From a virus: DNA of 64,000 bases. How positions within the stretch are numbered: the stretch's first letter is position 1; the number at the start of each line of letters is the position of its first letter. The stretch lies in the IMG/VR virus record IMGVR_UViG_3300002026_000001, positions 32,001 through 96,000 of that record; one strand, given 5' to 3'. Positions 54,797 to 62,423 of the stretch are shown one piece after another. Position numbers and translations under genes: made by a program. Below the pieces are notes generated by a model, which did no database searches, was not told where the DNA came from, and was given only the letters and a program-made list of their open reading frames with translations.

Positions 54797-55324
54797 TTAG
54801 CAAAATGTTGTAGAGTAATCCGCGTAGTCAAGCAAGCATCTACACGTTGTGTACGCCTTTGAATTCCCTAGGCGCGACGCATCCAGATCAATAACGAAAC
54901 TGCTATGCAAGACCGCAAGCCTTTGAAACGTTCCCTCACCATAAATCCAGACATCAATGTCCCGTGGAACAGGGTTGGCCGGAGTTACTTTAACAAGCCG
55001 TCCAAGTTCGTACGTCTCTTGGATCGACATTGAAGCGGTGACTATAGAGAATTCGGACGAAGGTGCGGAAAACTGCACCATACCAATTTCAGAATTTGCG
55101 TACTCTGGTTGTGGACACAACAACGAAAATGTGTCCACTGCTACGACGAATTCACCGAAATCGAAAACCATGCCCGGCATTACATAGTGCTCTTTGGGGA
55201 AATACGTCTTCCCCAAAAGCCCAAAAAGCTGTTCAGGATGTTGCAACTGACCAAGACTTTCAACGGGGGCCGCAGCAGGAAACCTGTTGAACATCTTTAG
55301 AAAGTCCCTTCTGTTGAATCCCAC
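54797..55324 (-). CDS. Hypothetical protein beginning with an RR motif (NRRDFLK)
   Basis: GTG start with GAGG RBS; Tat consensus but weak h-region. Confidence 0.6.
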   Translation of the reverse strand: MGFNRRDFLKMFNRFPAAAPVESLGQLQHPEQLFGLLGKTYFPKEHYVMPGMVFDFGEFVVAVDTFSLLCPQPEYANSEIGMVQFSAPSSEFSIVTASMSIQETYELGRLVKVTPANPVPRDIDVWIYGEGTFQRLAVLHSSFVIDLDASRLGNSKAYTTCRCLLDYADYSTTFC

Positions 55325-55332
55325 GTGACCTC

Positions 55333-56700
55333 CTATTGTTGTCCAGTGTCATAACCTACTTCAACCTCTCCGGCTAGATCGACGTCATCCTTCTTAGAAG
55401 CTTCCTTGGCACCGCCGTCATCGGTTGCCGCCTCGGTCGCACCTTCCATGTTGTCAATAGTCATTGTTTCAAACGACTCACGCAACTCAAACGGATAAAG
55501 TTCTTGGTCACGCGCCTTCAACTGACGTATTGGCAGAGTCTTCGTCTCACGGACTTCTGGCTTGTAGTAGTTCCACGTCCATGCCGCGTCAACGTGTTCC
55601 AGAATACCCTTAGCGTACCGAATACGATCATCATCGCTATCCAACTGAGCAAGAAGAATAACAAGACAATGGTTTTCAGCACTGAAGATTTTGGCCTCTC
55701 GCGTAATAGCGGATAGCACCCTCCACTGGTCCTGCGCATCAACACCCTCCAACAAGGAAATATAGTCAATGCCGATCACCTTGTGTCCGTAAGGCTTCAG
55801 CAACGTCAACAAAGACGTGATGCTGACAGAGTGTGTCGGGCAAATGATTGAGAATTGGCAATCGTTACGTTCGCCAAACCGATGGAACCTACGCCAAGCC
55901 TTCTTGGCCTGAACTCGTTCTTCCTCCGATAGACGTTGTTTTGTAAATTTCCAGTATGGTATCTGCGTCATGCGAGAGACCATCCGTCTAGTCAACTTGC
56001 GCTCGTTCATTTCCAAAGAAACGTTTGAGCAGCTAACCTTGTTGAGTCGATAGATGTTCATCAACAAGTTCATCAGCATCGTCGATTTACCGCCGGACGT
56101 TGTTGAAGCTAGAAGCATGACGCCTTCCGACGGGATGCCTCCATTCTTGTTGTCGATTTCTGCATACCCGGTCTTGAGCAATACTTCATCTTCCACGCTC
56201 AAGGCGAGGTCAATAAGCTCAAGTCCGTTACCGTTCTTTCCCAACGAGTAAACTAGTTGGGAAACATCTTCTTTTGTACGTGCAGACGTTAGTGCATTGG
56301 TGACGAAGTTTAACAGTTCCTCAACTTCAACTTCCGGTGCTTTCAACTTCTCAATGATGTGCTTTGCTATGGAGTACATCGACCGAGTCTTACGGTACTC
56401 ACCAAGTTTCGCAAGAACCCTCTTAGCACCTTTTATGCTTCGGAGGGTCTTGGCGTCGCTGTCCTTCAGCAAGTCACGGTACTCTTCATTGAGACCGGGG
56501 TCTTCCAACAACTCTGTATAGTCGAGAATTACAGACCGCTTCTTCGCAACGTTGTAGATGCGTTGAAAAGCGGCCTTGCATGGCTCGTAGTGAAAAAACG
56601 ATTCATCCAGTGAACCTAACAGAAGTGCTGAAAGCTTTTCATTGGAATTGCATATGCTCCGAATAGCAATGGACTCTAACGCGGTTGAAAAGAGTTTCAT
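55333..56700 (-). CDS. dnaB: DnaB-family replicative helicase
   Basis: Walker A STTSGGKST, SLEM, GIDY, LAQL, R.AKGILEH.D, QLKAR. Confidence 0.9.
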   Translation of the reverse strand: MKLFSTALESIAIRSICNSNEKLSALLLGSLDESFFHYEPCKAAFQRIYNVAKKRSVILDYTELLEDPGLNEEYRDLLKDSDAKTLRSIKGAKRVLAKLGEYRKTRSMYSIAKHIIEKLKAPEVEVEELLNFVTNALTSARTKEDVSQLVYSLGKNGNGLELIDLALSVEDEVLLKTGYAEIDNKNGGIPSEGVMLLASTTSGGKSTMLMNLLMNIYRLNKVSCSNVSLEMNERKLTRRMVSRMTQIPYWKFTKQRLSEEERVQAKKAWRRFHRFGERNDCQFSIICPTHSVSITSLLTLLKPYGHKVIGIDYISLLEGVDAQDQWRVLSAITREAKIFSAENHCLVILLAQLDSDDDRIRYAKGILEHVDAAWTWNYYKPEVRETKTLPIRQLKARDQELYPFELRESFETMTIDNMEGATEAATDDGGAKEASKKDDVDLAGEVEVGYDTGQQ

Positions 56701-56713
56701 GCCGCCCCTCTAG

Positions 56714-57094
56714 TTATTTTTTCTGATACAACGGTGGAGTGAATACGGAGAATTCTGGATACTTCTCTTCAGAGCGACGGAGCCACTCGCTAAATTCCGG
56801 CGGTGGCGGTTCTGTTACCGACAAGTTCATGTCACCAATAGACTTGTCTGGATCACGCCAACGCTTAACGCAAGCGAACATGGAGCGTGACACGAGGCCG
56901 GAAAGAACCCCGTCGATCACATCTTCCTTAATCAAGTACTCAACACACAACAACGCCTTCAGTTGATTAACCTTCAGGCGCTTATTGGCTTCGATAGTTT
57001 TGTACGCCATGTACATAACGGTGATGGTCAGGTCTTCCGGTTCCTGACCACATAAATTGAAACTGAGCTTCTGCTTCAGTGCAATGATGTCCAT
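56714..57094 (-). CDS. Hypothetical protein
   Basis: AGGAG RBS before MDIIALK. Confidence 0.6.
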   Translation of the reverse strand: MDIIALKQKLSFNLCGQEPEDLTITVMYMAYKTIEANKRLKVNQLKALLCVEYLIKEDVIDGVLSGLVSRSMFACVKRWRDPDKSIGDMNLSVTEPPPPEFSEWLRRSEEKYPEFSVFTPPLYQKK

Positions 57095-57105
57095 CTTAAC
57101 TCCTG

Positions 57106-58185
57106 TCACACTGCAAGTTGCGTGCGGAGAGAGCCGAATAAAGAGTTTACCCGGCCACTCGAAACCTTGAGGAAGTCTGCAACGTACCGCGTATAAGTTT
57201 CCGAACAAACTCTCGCTTGCACGTCAACATTGTCCTCGTTCTCTTTACACAAGGATTTACTTCTCAACCATTTCGAGAAGGCGCTGCACTCCGCTCCCAA
57301 CAACAGCGTTATGAATTTGTATTTCTTTGTCTGAGCTTTCACCTTATCCAAGACTTGCGATATGGAGAATTGCAACTCAAACTTCGGAGAGGGGTCTTCC
57401 TCGCCATCAACATCAGGCTGGCCTCCATCTTCAACCGGGGCCATTTGGTTTTGGGAGACGCACAGCATTTCAAACTGCGTGTTCCCAACGTTTGTTGAAA
57501 CCATCCGTGCACGTTTTTGTGTCTGATGGCTCTTAATCATGTTGACAACGTGGTTATGCGCTGCCCTCTTCAAGTAGTTGACGATGTGATCGTCAGAGTG
57601 GTCGATAGGTATCAGGTTGTAGAATGCTTGAACAACCTTTGCCGAAACTTCACTGTTGAAATCGTCGAACAATTCGTTCTTTGACTTCACCAAGAAGCGC
57701 ATTTTCTTGTACGTGTAAAACTTGATGTAGCTGAACACCCGTGGGAACAACCTATTGAACGTCTTCAGCGCCCGTTCTACAGTCAGGTGATCAGCATTTC
57801 TACCAAGGGATTTCACTTTGGTGGAAGCGGCTTTGAAGAACCAATCGTTTGACGAGTACAGCAACCACATCAACGTCGAATCCTTCTGCGTAATCTCAAA
57901 CTTCTCGGCCAGCTTTTTTGCCTGTTGCTTGCTGGCACAACCGTTGCGGAACATCGCAACCATGTAAAGCTTGATATTGAGACTTGCATACCGCTGCTCA
58001 CAAAGAGAGAGCCTGAATACCTTTGCACTGACATCTTTACAGTACGGTCTGATTAACTCCTGATAATCAAAAGCGTGGGTAGCACCCAAAACGTACAGGG
58101 CGCTCTCTGCAAAGACGTAGACAGCTTCTTCACTGTCTACGCCAACGTCTAAGCCATTGAGGCACACGTTGTACAGGCTATCCAT
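57106..58185 (-). CDS. Sigma-70-like transcription factor (putative phage late or middle sigma)
   Basis: Region-2-like FDDFNSEVSAKVVQAF...VNYLKRAAHNHVVNMIKSHQTQKR and a C-terminal HTH-like helix pair. Confidence 0.55.
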   Translation of the reverse strand: MDSLYNVCLNGLDVGVDSEEAVYVFAESALYVLGATHAFDYQELIRPYCKDVSAKVFRLSLCEQRYASLNIKLYMVAMFRNGCASKQQAKKLAEKFEITQKDSTLMWLLYSSNDWFFKAASTKVKSLGRNADHLTVERALKTFNRLFPRVFSYIKFYTYKKMRFLVKSKNELFDDFNSEVSAKVVQAFYNLIPIDHSDDHIVNYLKRAAHNHVVNMIKSHQTQKRARMVSTNVGNTQFEMLCVSQNQMAPVEDGGQPDVDGEEDPSPKFELQFSISQVLDKVKAQTKKYKFITLLLGAECSAFSKWLRSKSLCKENEDNVDVQARVCSETYTRYVADFLKVSSGRVNSLFGSLRTQLAV

Positions 58186-58186
58186 A

Positions 58187-58918
58187 TCAGGTATAGCTCA
58201 TAACAATTTCACCAGCCGGGCCACGGCGCTCTGCTGCTCCACGACGTTCGCCACGACCGATCATCCCACGGGACATTCTGGAAATGATCGAAACAAGATC
58301 ATCCTCACGGGCCTTGCTGACTTTCACCTTCTTCGACAACGTCTCTACGCTTTCCAGCGCGTCATCGAGTTGGGCAACATGACCACGTTCAGACGATGGT
58401 GCGATTGCATTGGCCTTCGGGTCAACAAACTTCCCCTTCTTAATCATTGCAGAACGCATCACTGCAAACCGCTCGACAGTGTACACCGTCTCACTATTAG
58501 GGTCATTGATTGCCGAAATAAACATCTTCCCGCTCCTACCGACAACACGTACGGTTTCCTTGTCTGCGTACAGCACGAAGCCGACCGCAAAGTTGCTCAA
58601 GAAATTCCTATCCGCACTTCCAGTGTATCTGACGTAGACCTTTTGATAAAACCGCCAACCTGCTTTGCGAGTGTTCCGTTCAGCATGGAGAACCGAACCC
58701 AATGCTTGAAGCTCCGTCGGCGACATGCCGCGAATTGCTTGTGATACTTTTGAGACCCTGCTGATCTTTTCTTCGCTACCTACCAATGAGAACATATCCG
58801 GCTTGTAGGACATGCAACCCTTTGACGTCGGAAGCTTCCCATCTTCACTGCACTTGTTTTCAAAAACCCGTTCACGGTTTAGGAAGAGACATGAACCACA
58901 GTTTAGGCTTTGTTTCAT
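58187..58918 (-). CDS. Hypothetical protein with N-terminal Cys cluster
   Basis: CGSC...C...C at the N-terminus. Confidence 0.6.
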   Translation of the reverse strand: MKQSLNCGSCLFLNRERVFENKCSEDGKLPTSKGCMSYKPDMFSLVGSEEKISRVSKVSQAIRGMSPTELQALGSVLHAERNTRKAGWRFYQKVYVRYTGSADRNFLSNFAVGFVLYADKETVRVVGRSGKMFISAINDPNSETVYTVERFAVMRSAMIKKGKFVDPKANAIAPSSERGHVAQLDDALESVETLSKKVKVSKAREDDLVSIISRMSRGMIGRGERRGAAERRGPAGEIVMSYT

Positions 58919-59354
58919 TTTTTATACCCTTGGCTTGCATTGTGTATTTGATACAGAATTCAACAGCCTTTTCCTGTGAACATCCCAAGTTTGAAGCTAA
59001 GATTTTGAACAACTGAAAATCCGCGCCCTTCAGCTTCGTACCTACTGGATGTTCGACAGCATCAGCGTTGTCGACTGGCGTAAGTAAAGCAGTAACCAGA
59101 ATGCGCAACCATTTTTCTGCACGGGAAGCCTCACGCTCAGTGGACCAGAAAGTCTTTGCAGGACGTTTCGGGTTCCGCATGCGTGAGATAATGAACAGAG
59201 CGTTCGCGTGCAAGATGTTGTGACAACTACTGCACAGGATAATCTGCTGACTATTTTCCCCACCGCGTGCTTGAGGCACAGTATGGTGTGAGTGCATTAT
59301 GGATTCGTGTTCTTCACAAATCACACAGCACTCGTCAGAAATAATGGTTGGCAT
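58872..59354 (-). CDS. HNH endonuclease-domain protein
   Basis: CVIC...HHTVP..RGG.N....LCSSCHNILH. Confidence 0.8.
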   Translation of the reverse strand: MPTIISDECCVICEEHESIMHSHHTVPQARGGENSQQIILCSSCHNILHANALFIISRMRNPKRPAKTFWSTEREASRAEKWLRILVTALLTPVDNADAVEHPVGTKLKGADFQLFKILASNLGCSQEKAVEFCIKYTMQAKGIKNETKPKLWFMSLPKP

Positions 59355-59360
59355 AGTAGG

Positions 59361-60311
59361 TTAGAAGGGCAAGCCCCACTTCATAGTGGTCGGAGTTCGA
59401 CTACTTGTTACAACCTTCATAAACGCATTCATGCGTGTAAGAGGCATAACCCAAAACATGTGCAAATCGGTATTACGGGGGTTTGAGGTCGGACTGTCGC
59501 TGACCAACGCATAGTCAACAGAACCACGTTCATTGAGCATTGAGACAACGCTCTGTGCAAACTCCAACGGCTGAATGCCTTTTTTCTTTGAGGCAGACGA
59601 CGAGACAAGCAACAACATCTGGTCCAGAAGAATACCATAGCCTTCAATAGGGTAAAACTTCAGGCCGATCTTCTTGAACGTTGCTTCGGAGTTTAGAACT
59701 TGGTTTGAAAAGATTGGAATGACAGGCATGCGAACAAGCTGGAACTCACCGATAAGTTTAATCGGGAGGCTGTCACGCATCTTGGACATTGCATCCAAGG
59801 TGATAGTGTCTTTGAGACTTGAAATCTCACCGGCACCTTTATGAACTGACTCACGCTCTTTGAGCGCGGTGTTGATAACCTGAACGGCCTTCTTGGCTTC
59901 AGGAGAGTTTGATAGAGAGATTTTGATCTTCTCTTGTTTCGCGGTCAAGACGACCGGTGGAACGAGTGATTCTGCTGCTTCAATTTCGTGAGCGATTGCC
60001 GCATCAACCTTCACGATAAACTTGTCATTCAAAACCTTGATGCTTGCGCGAAAGTCAGGTAAGCCAATTTCGTTGCTCGACAATCCGGCATGCAAACCCG
60101 TGGCGACGTTGGCGACCGAAATCAGCGCCTTCCTCACAGGTATATATTTTCCCTTCTGATCCGCCTTCAGCCAAGCAACTGTCTCTTCCACACCAGAAGA
60201 GATAGATTCTAAGGCCGCATTCAGTTCACGCTTTTTCTTCGAGGACAAACACGTTTTGAGTGCGTCCTTAATTTGGTTGTTCAAGTTCTCAATGCGAGTT
60301 ACTGTATTCAT
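59361..60311 (-). CDS. Hypothetical protein (internal KISLSN motif)
   Basis: Start at MNTVTR; CTAATTT motif upstream. Confidence 0.65.
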   Translation of the reverse strand: MNTVTRIENLNNQIKDALKTCLSSKKKRELNAALESISSGVEETVAWLKADQKGKYIPVRKALISVANVATGLHAGLSSNEIGLPDFRASIKVLNDKFIVKVDAAIAHEIEAAESLVPPVVLTAKQEKIKISLSNSPEAKKAVQVINTALKERESVHKGAGEISSLKDTITLDAMSKMRDSLPIKLIGEFQLVRMPVIPIFSNQVLNSEATFKKIGLKFYPIEGYGILLDQMLLLVSSSASKKKGIQPLEFAQSVVSMLNERGSVDYALVSDSPTSNPRNTDLHMFWVMPLTRMNAFMKVVTSSRTPTTMKWGLPF

Positions 60312-60353
60312 GGTTAAGTCTACCCTAGTTTGTAGTGCAATACGCACCGGTGT

Positions 60354-60360
60354 AAATTAG
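60354..60360 (-). promoter_or_regulatory. Putative phage promoter element CTAATTT
   Basis: Intergenic, downstream of the topoisomerase A-subunit stop. Confidence 0.5.
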
Positions 60361-60369
60361 TATGTCCTC

Positions 60370-61797
60370 TCAGACCTTGATCGTCTGTAAATCTTTGAGG
60401 ATTCTGATTTGTGGTTTTTTCAAATCTCTGGTTAGTGATGTGATTGAAGCCTCTGTAGACTTGATGGTCGCTTTCAATTTAGCGGCCTCAAGAGACTTCA
60501 ACTGTCGAACTTTAAGGTCTAGAATAGTGTTTGCATCCTCCAAAGTTATCTTCAAGGTTTTGACAAGGTAGGCCGCGCTGTCCTCTTTGGTCAACGAGTC
60601 CATAATGATCTTCAGGTGGTTGACAGCCAGCAACATCAACTCCAACCTTTTCAACTTCTGCCGATCTAGGCCAATCAAATATTTGATGACCTTGATTTCA
60701 ATCTCGACGCGCCACGCACACCAGTCTTTCAATATGCTTGGTACAGTCGTCCTGCCGAACTCGACTCCTTTCAATTCGCGCTCGGTCACCCCAATGTCGT
60801 AGGACTGCTTTCTCACAAGCATCGACGTTATCTTATCAACAAACTCGTCGAAGTCGACACCGCGTTGCGCTGTGATTTCAAACTTGAACCCTGCTCTGCC
60901 GGTCGAATCAGAAACCGATTTGACGATTTGCATGGCTGATAGGTTCAAGGCCAACGTCTGCCAACTTGTCTGTGAGGTCAGTCCGGGACAAGCTGAGGTG
61001 ACGGTGATCATTTTCTTTTTGGTGTCGACAACCATCGTCGGTAAAAACTTCAGAGAGCCGCAACCATTCTTGAAAAACTCAAGCACTTCCTTCTTGTCGG
61101 AAATGCAATCCCCGCCATAAACGGGTTCAAAGACCACAACCTTTGCGCAATCAAGAGGACTTAGATTCTCACCCTCAAGGCAACGTCTAACCAACTGAAC
61201 GACGCCTTCCATCGCAAAGCTTGGACACTCGGCAGAGACACCGAACGCAATACTGACGGAGCCATTCAACAGCAAGACGGGCAACTTCGCCGGTAAGACG
61301 ATTGGCACCTTTTCGTCTTCGCTGAAGTTTGGAACGTAGTCAACAACAGCCAAGTAGGTAGGGTCCAGCATGTACAACGTACTGAACTCAGAAAGACGCG
61401 CCTCGGTGTATCGCATCGCCGCTGCGTTGTCGATGTTGTCACCCCAGTTGCCGTAACCTTCAATCAGAGGCACGCACTGGTTTTTCGTGATCCAGACTTT
61501 CCCATCGTCGCTTTTGGTTCCGGTCAACCCAACCATCGCGTCGTAAGTTGTCTGGTCACCATGCGGTGAGTACTTGCCGATAACTTCACCGACCGTTCTT
61601 GCGGCTTTGCGAAATGGAGTGCCATGCTTCAGACCCAACCCGTAGCAAGCCCACAAAATAAATCGGTGGACAGGTTTCAGACCGTCACGAAAATCTGGAA
61701 CAGCGCGTTGCTCAACAACTTCCTCACCATACGCTTTCAAATTGCGTTGTGTAATCGTCAAAAGTGATTCGACAGAATTTGGCATGTTTTTTCTCAT
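60370..61797 (-). CDS. gyrA: Type IIA topoisomerase A subunit (GyrA/ParC-like), no C-terminal pinwheel
   Basis: RAVPDFRDGLKPVHR, VGEVIGKYSPHGD, AAAMRYTEARL (catalytic Tyr), P.LLLNGS..IA.G. Confidence 0.92.
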   Translation of the reverse strand: MRKNMPNSVESLLTITQRNLKAYGEEVVEQRAVPDFRDGLKPVHRFILWACYGLGLKHGTPFRKAARTVGEVIGKYSPHGDQTTYDAMVGLTGTKSDDGKVWITKNQCVPLIEGYGNWGDNIDNAAAMRYTEARLSEFSTLYMLDPTYLAVVDYVPNFSEDEKVPIVLPAKLPVLLLNGSVSIAFGVSAECPSFAMEGVVQLVRRCLEGENLSPLDCAKVVVFEPVYGGDCISDKKEVLEFFKNGCGSLKFLPTMVVDTKKKMITVTSACPGLTSQTSWQTLALNLSAMQIVKSVSDSTGRAGFKFEITAQRGVDFDEFVDKITSMLVRKQSYDIGVTERELKGVEFGRTTVPSILKDWCAWRVEIEIKVIKYLIGLDRQKLKRLELMLLAVNHLKIIMDSLTKEDSAAYLVKTLKITLEDANTILDLKVRQLKSLEAAKLKATIKSTEASITSLTRDLKKPQIRILKDLQTIKV

Positions 61798-61864
61798 TTG
61801 TAGGTTGCGTGATTTTCAAAGCTTTTCGAGGTCGAGCGGAAGCCCGGTGTCTGTCGACATGAGT

Positions 61865-61893
61865 ATTATAGCACACTCTGAGGCCCGTGTCAA
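61865..61893 (-). promoter_or_regulatory. Perfect sigma-70 promoter TTGACA-N17-TATAAT with extended -10 (TGn)
   Basis: Minus strand TTGACA cgggcctcagagtgtgc TATAAT, upstream of the topoisomerase A subunit. Confidence 0.9.
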
Positions 61894-61898
61894 CCCCC

Positions 61899-62420
61899 CT
61901 ACTTTTGGCGTTGTCTATGTGTTGTTGTAATCGCGACCAAATCCCGGACAATTGATTTCACGTTGTCGTCTTTTCCTTCAACGACATGATCAATAAATCT
62001 CTCACCATATTTCACAACGTCGTCGCGCATCTTGGAATTGAGCAAAAGGCTTTCAAGAGCATCTGTCTTTTCAAGGTGTGAGAATCTTGGATCGACATGT
62101 GCGCTGCGAACAGCCGTGTAAAAAACACGCGACGACTCTTCAAACATTTTAATTAGCAGTTTCTTCGTCTCAACCTCACCGCGATTTGCAGTGACGCTTT
62201 GTGCATAGTCAATAAATGGTGGGATGAATTTGTCAAACTCTTTCACCCACAAATCATCGTTTGACGTTTTCTTGTGCGAGTACAGACGTGCGATTAACAC
62301 AAAGATTTGAAACAGCATCGCACTTGCTTCAGCAGGGTGGCCGTGATGGACAACTGGCTGGCCTGACGGAGTCCCGCCGCCACCGCTGGTTGATTGCTCA
62401 CCGCTTATGGAAATTTTCAT
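61899..62420 (-). CDS. Hypothetical protein between the topoisomerase subunits; leader MKISISG
   Basis: 173 aa ORF 3 nt after the B-subunit stop. Confidence 0.65.
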   Translation of the reverse strand: MKISISGEQSTSGGGGTPSGQPVVHHGHPAEASAMLFQIFVLIARLYSHKKTSNDDLWVKEFDKFIPPFIDYAQSVTANRGEVETKKLLIKMFEESSRVFYTAVRSAHVDPRFSHLEKTDALESLLLNSKMRDDVVKYGERFIDHVVEGKDDNVKSIVRDLVAITTTHRQRQK

Positions 62421-62423
62421 AGC

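Noticed and set aside
61724-61951. 75-aa minus-strand ORF
   Set aside because: Overlaps the 61899 ORF end, the sigma-70 promoter and the topoisomerase A start; probably spurious
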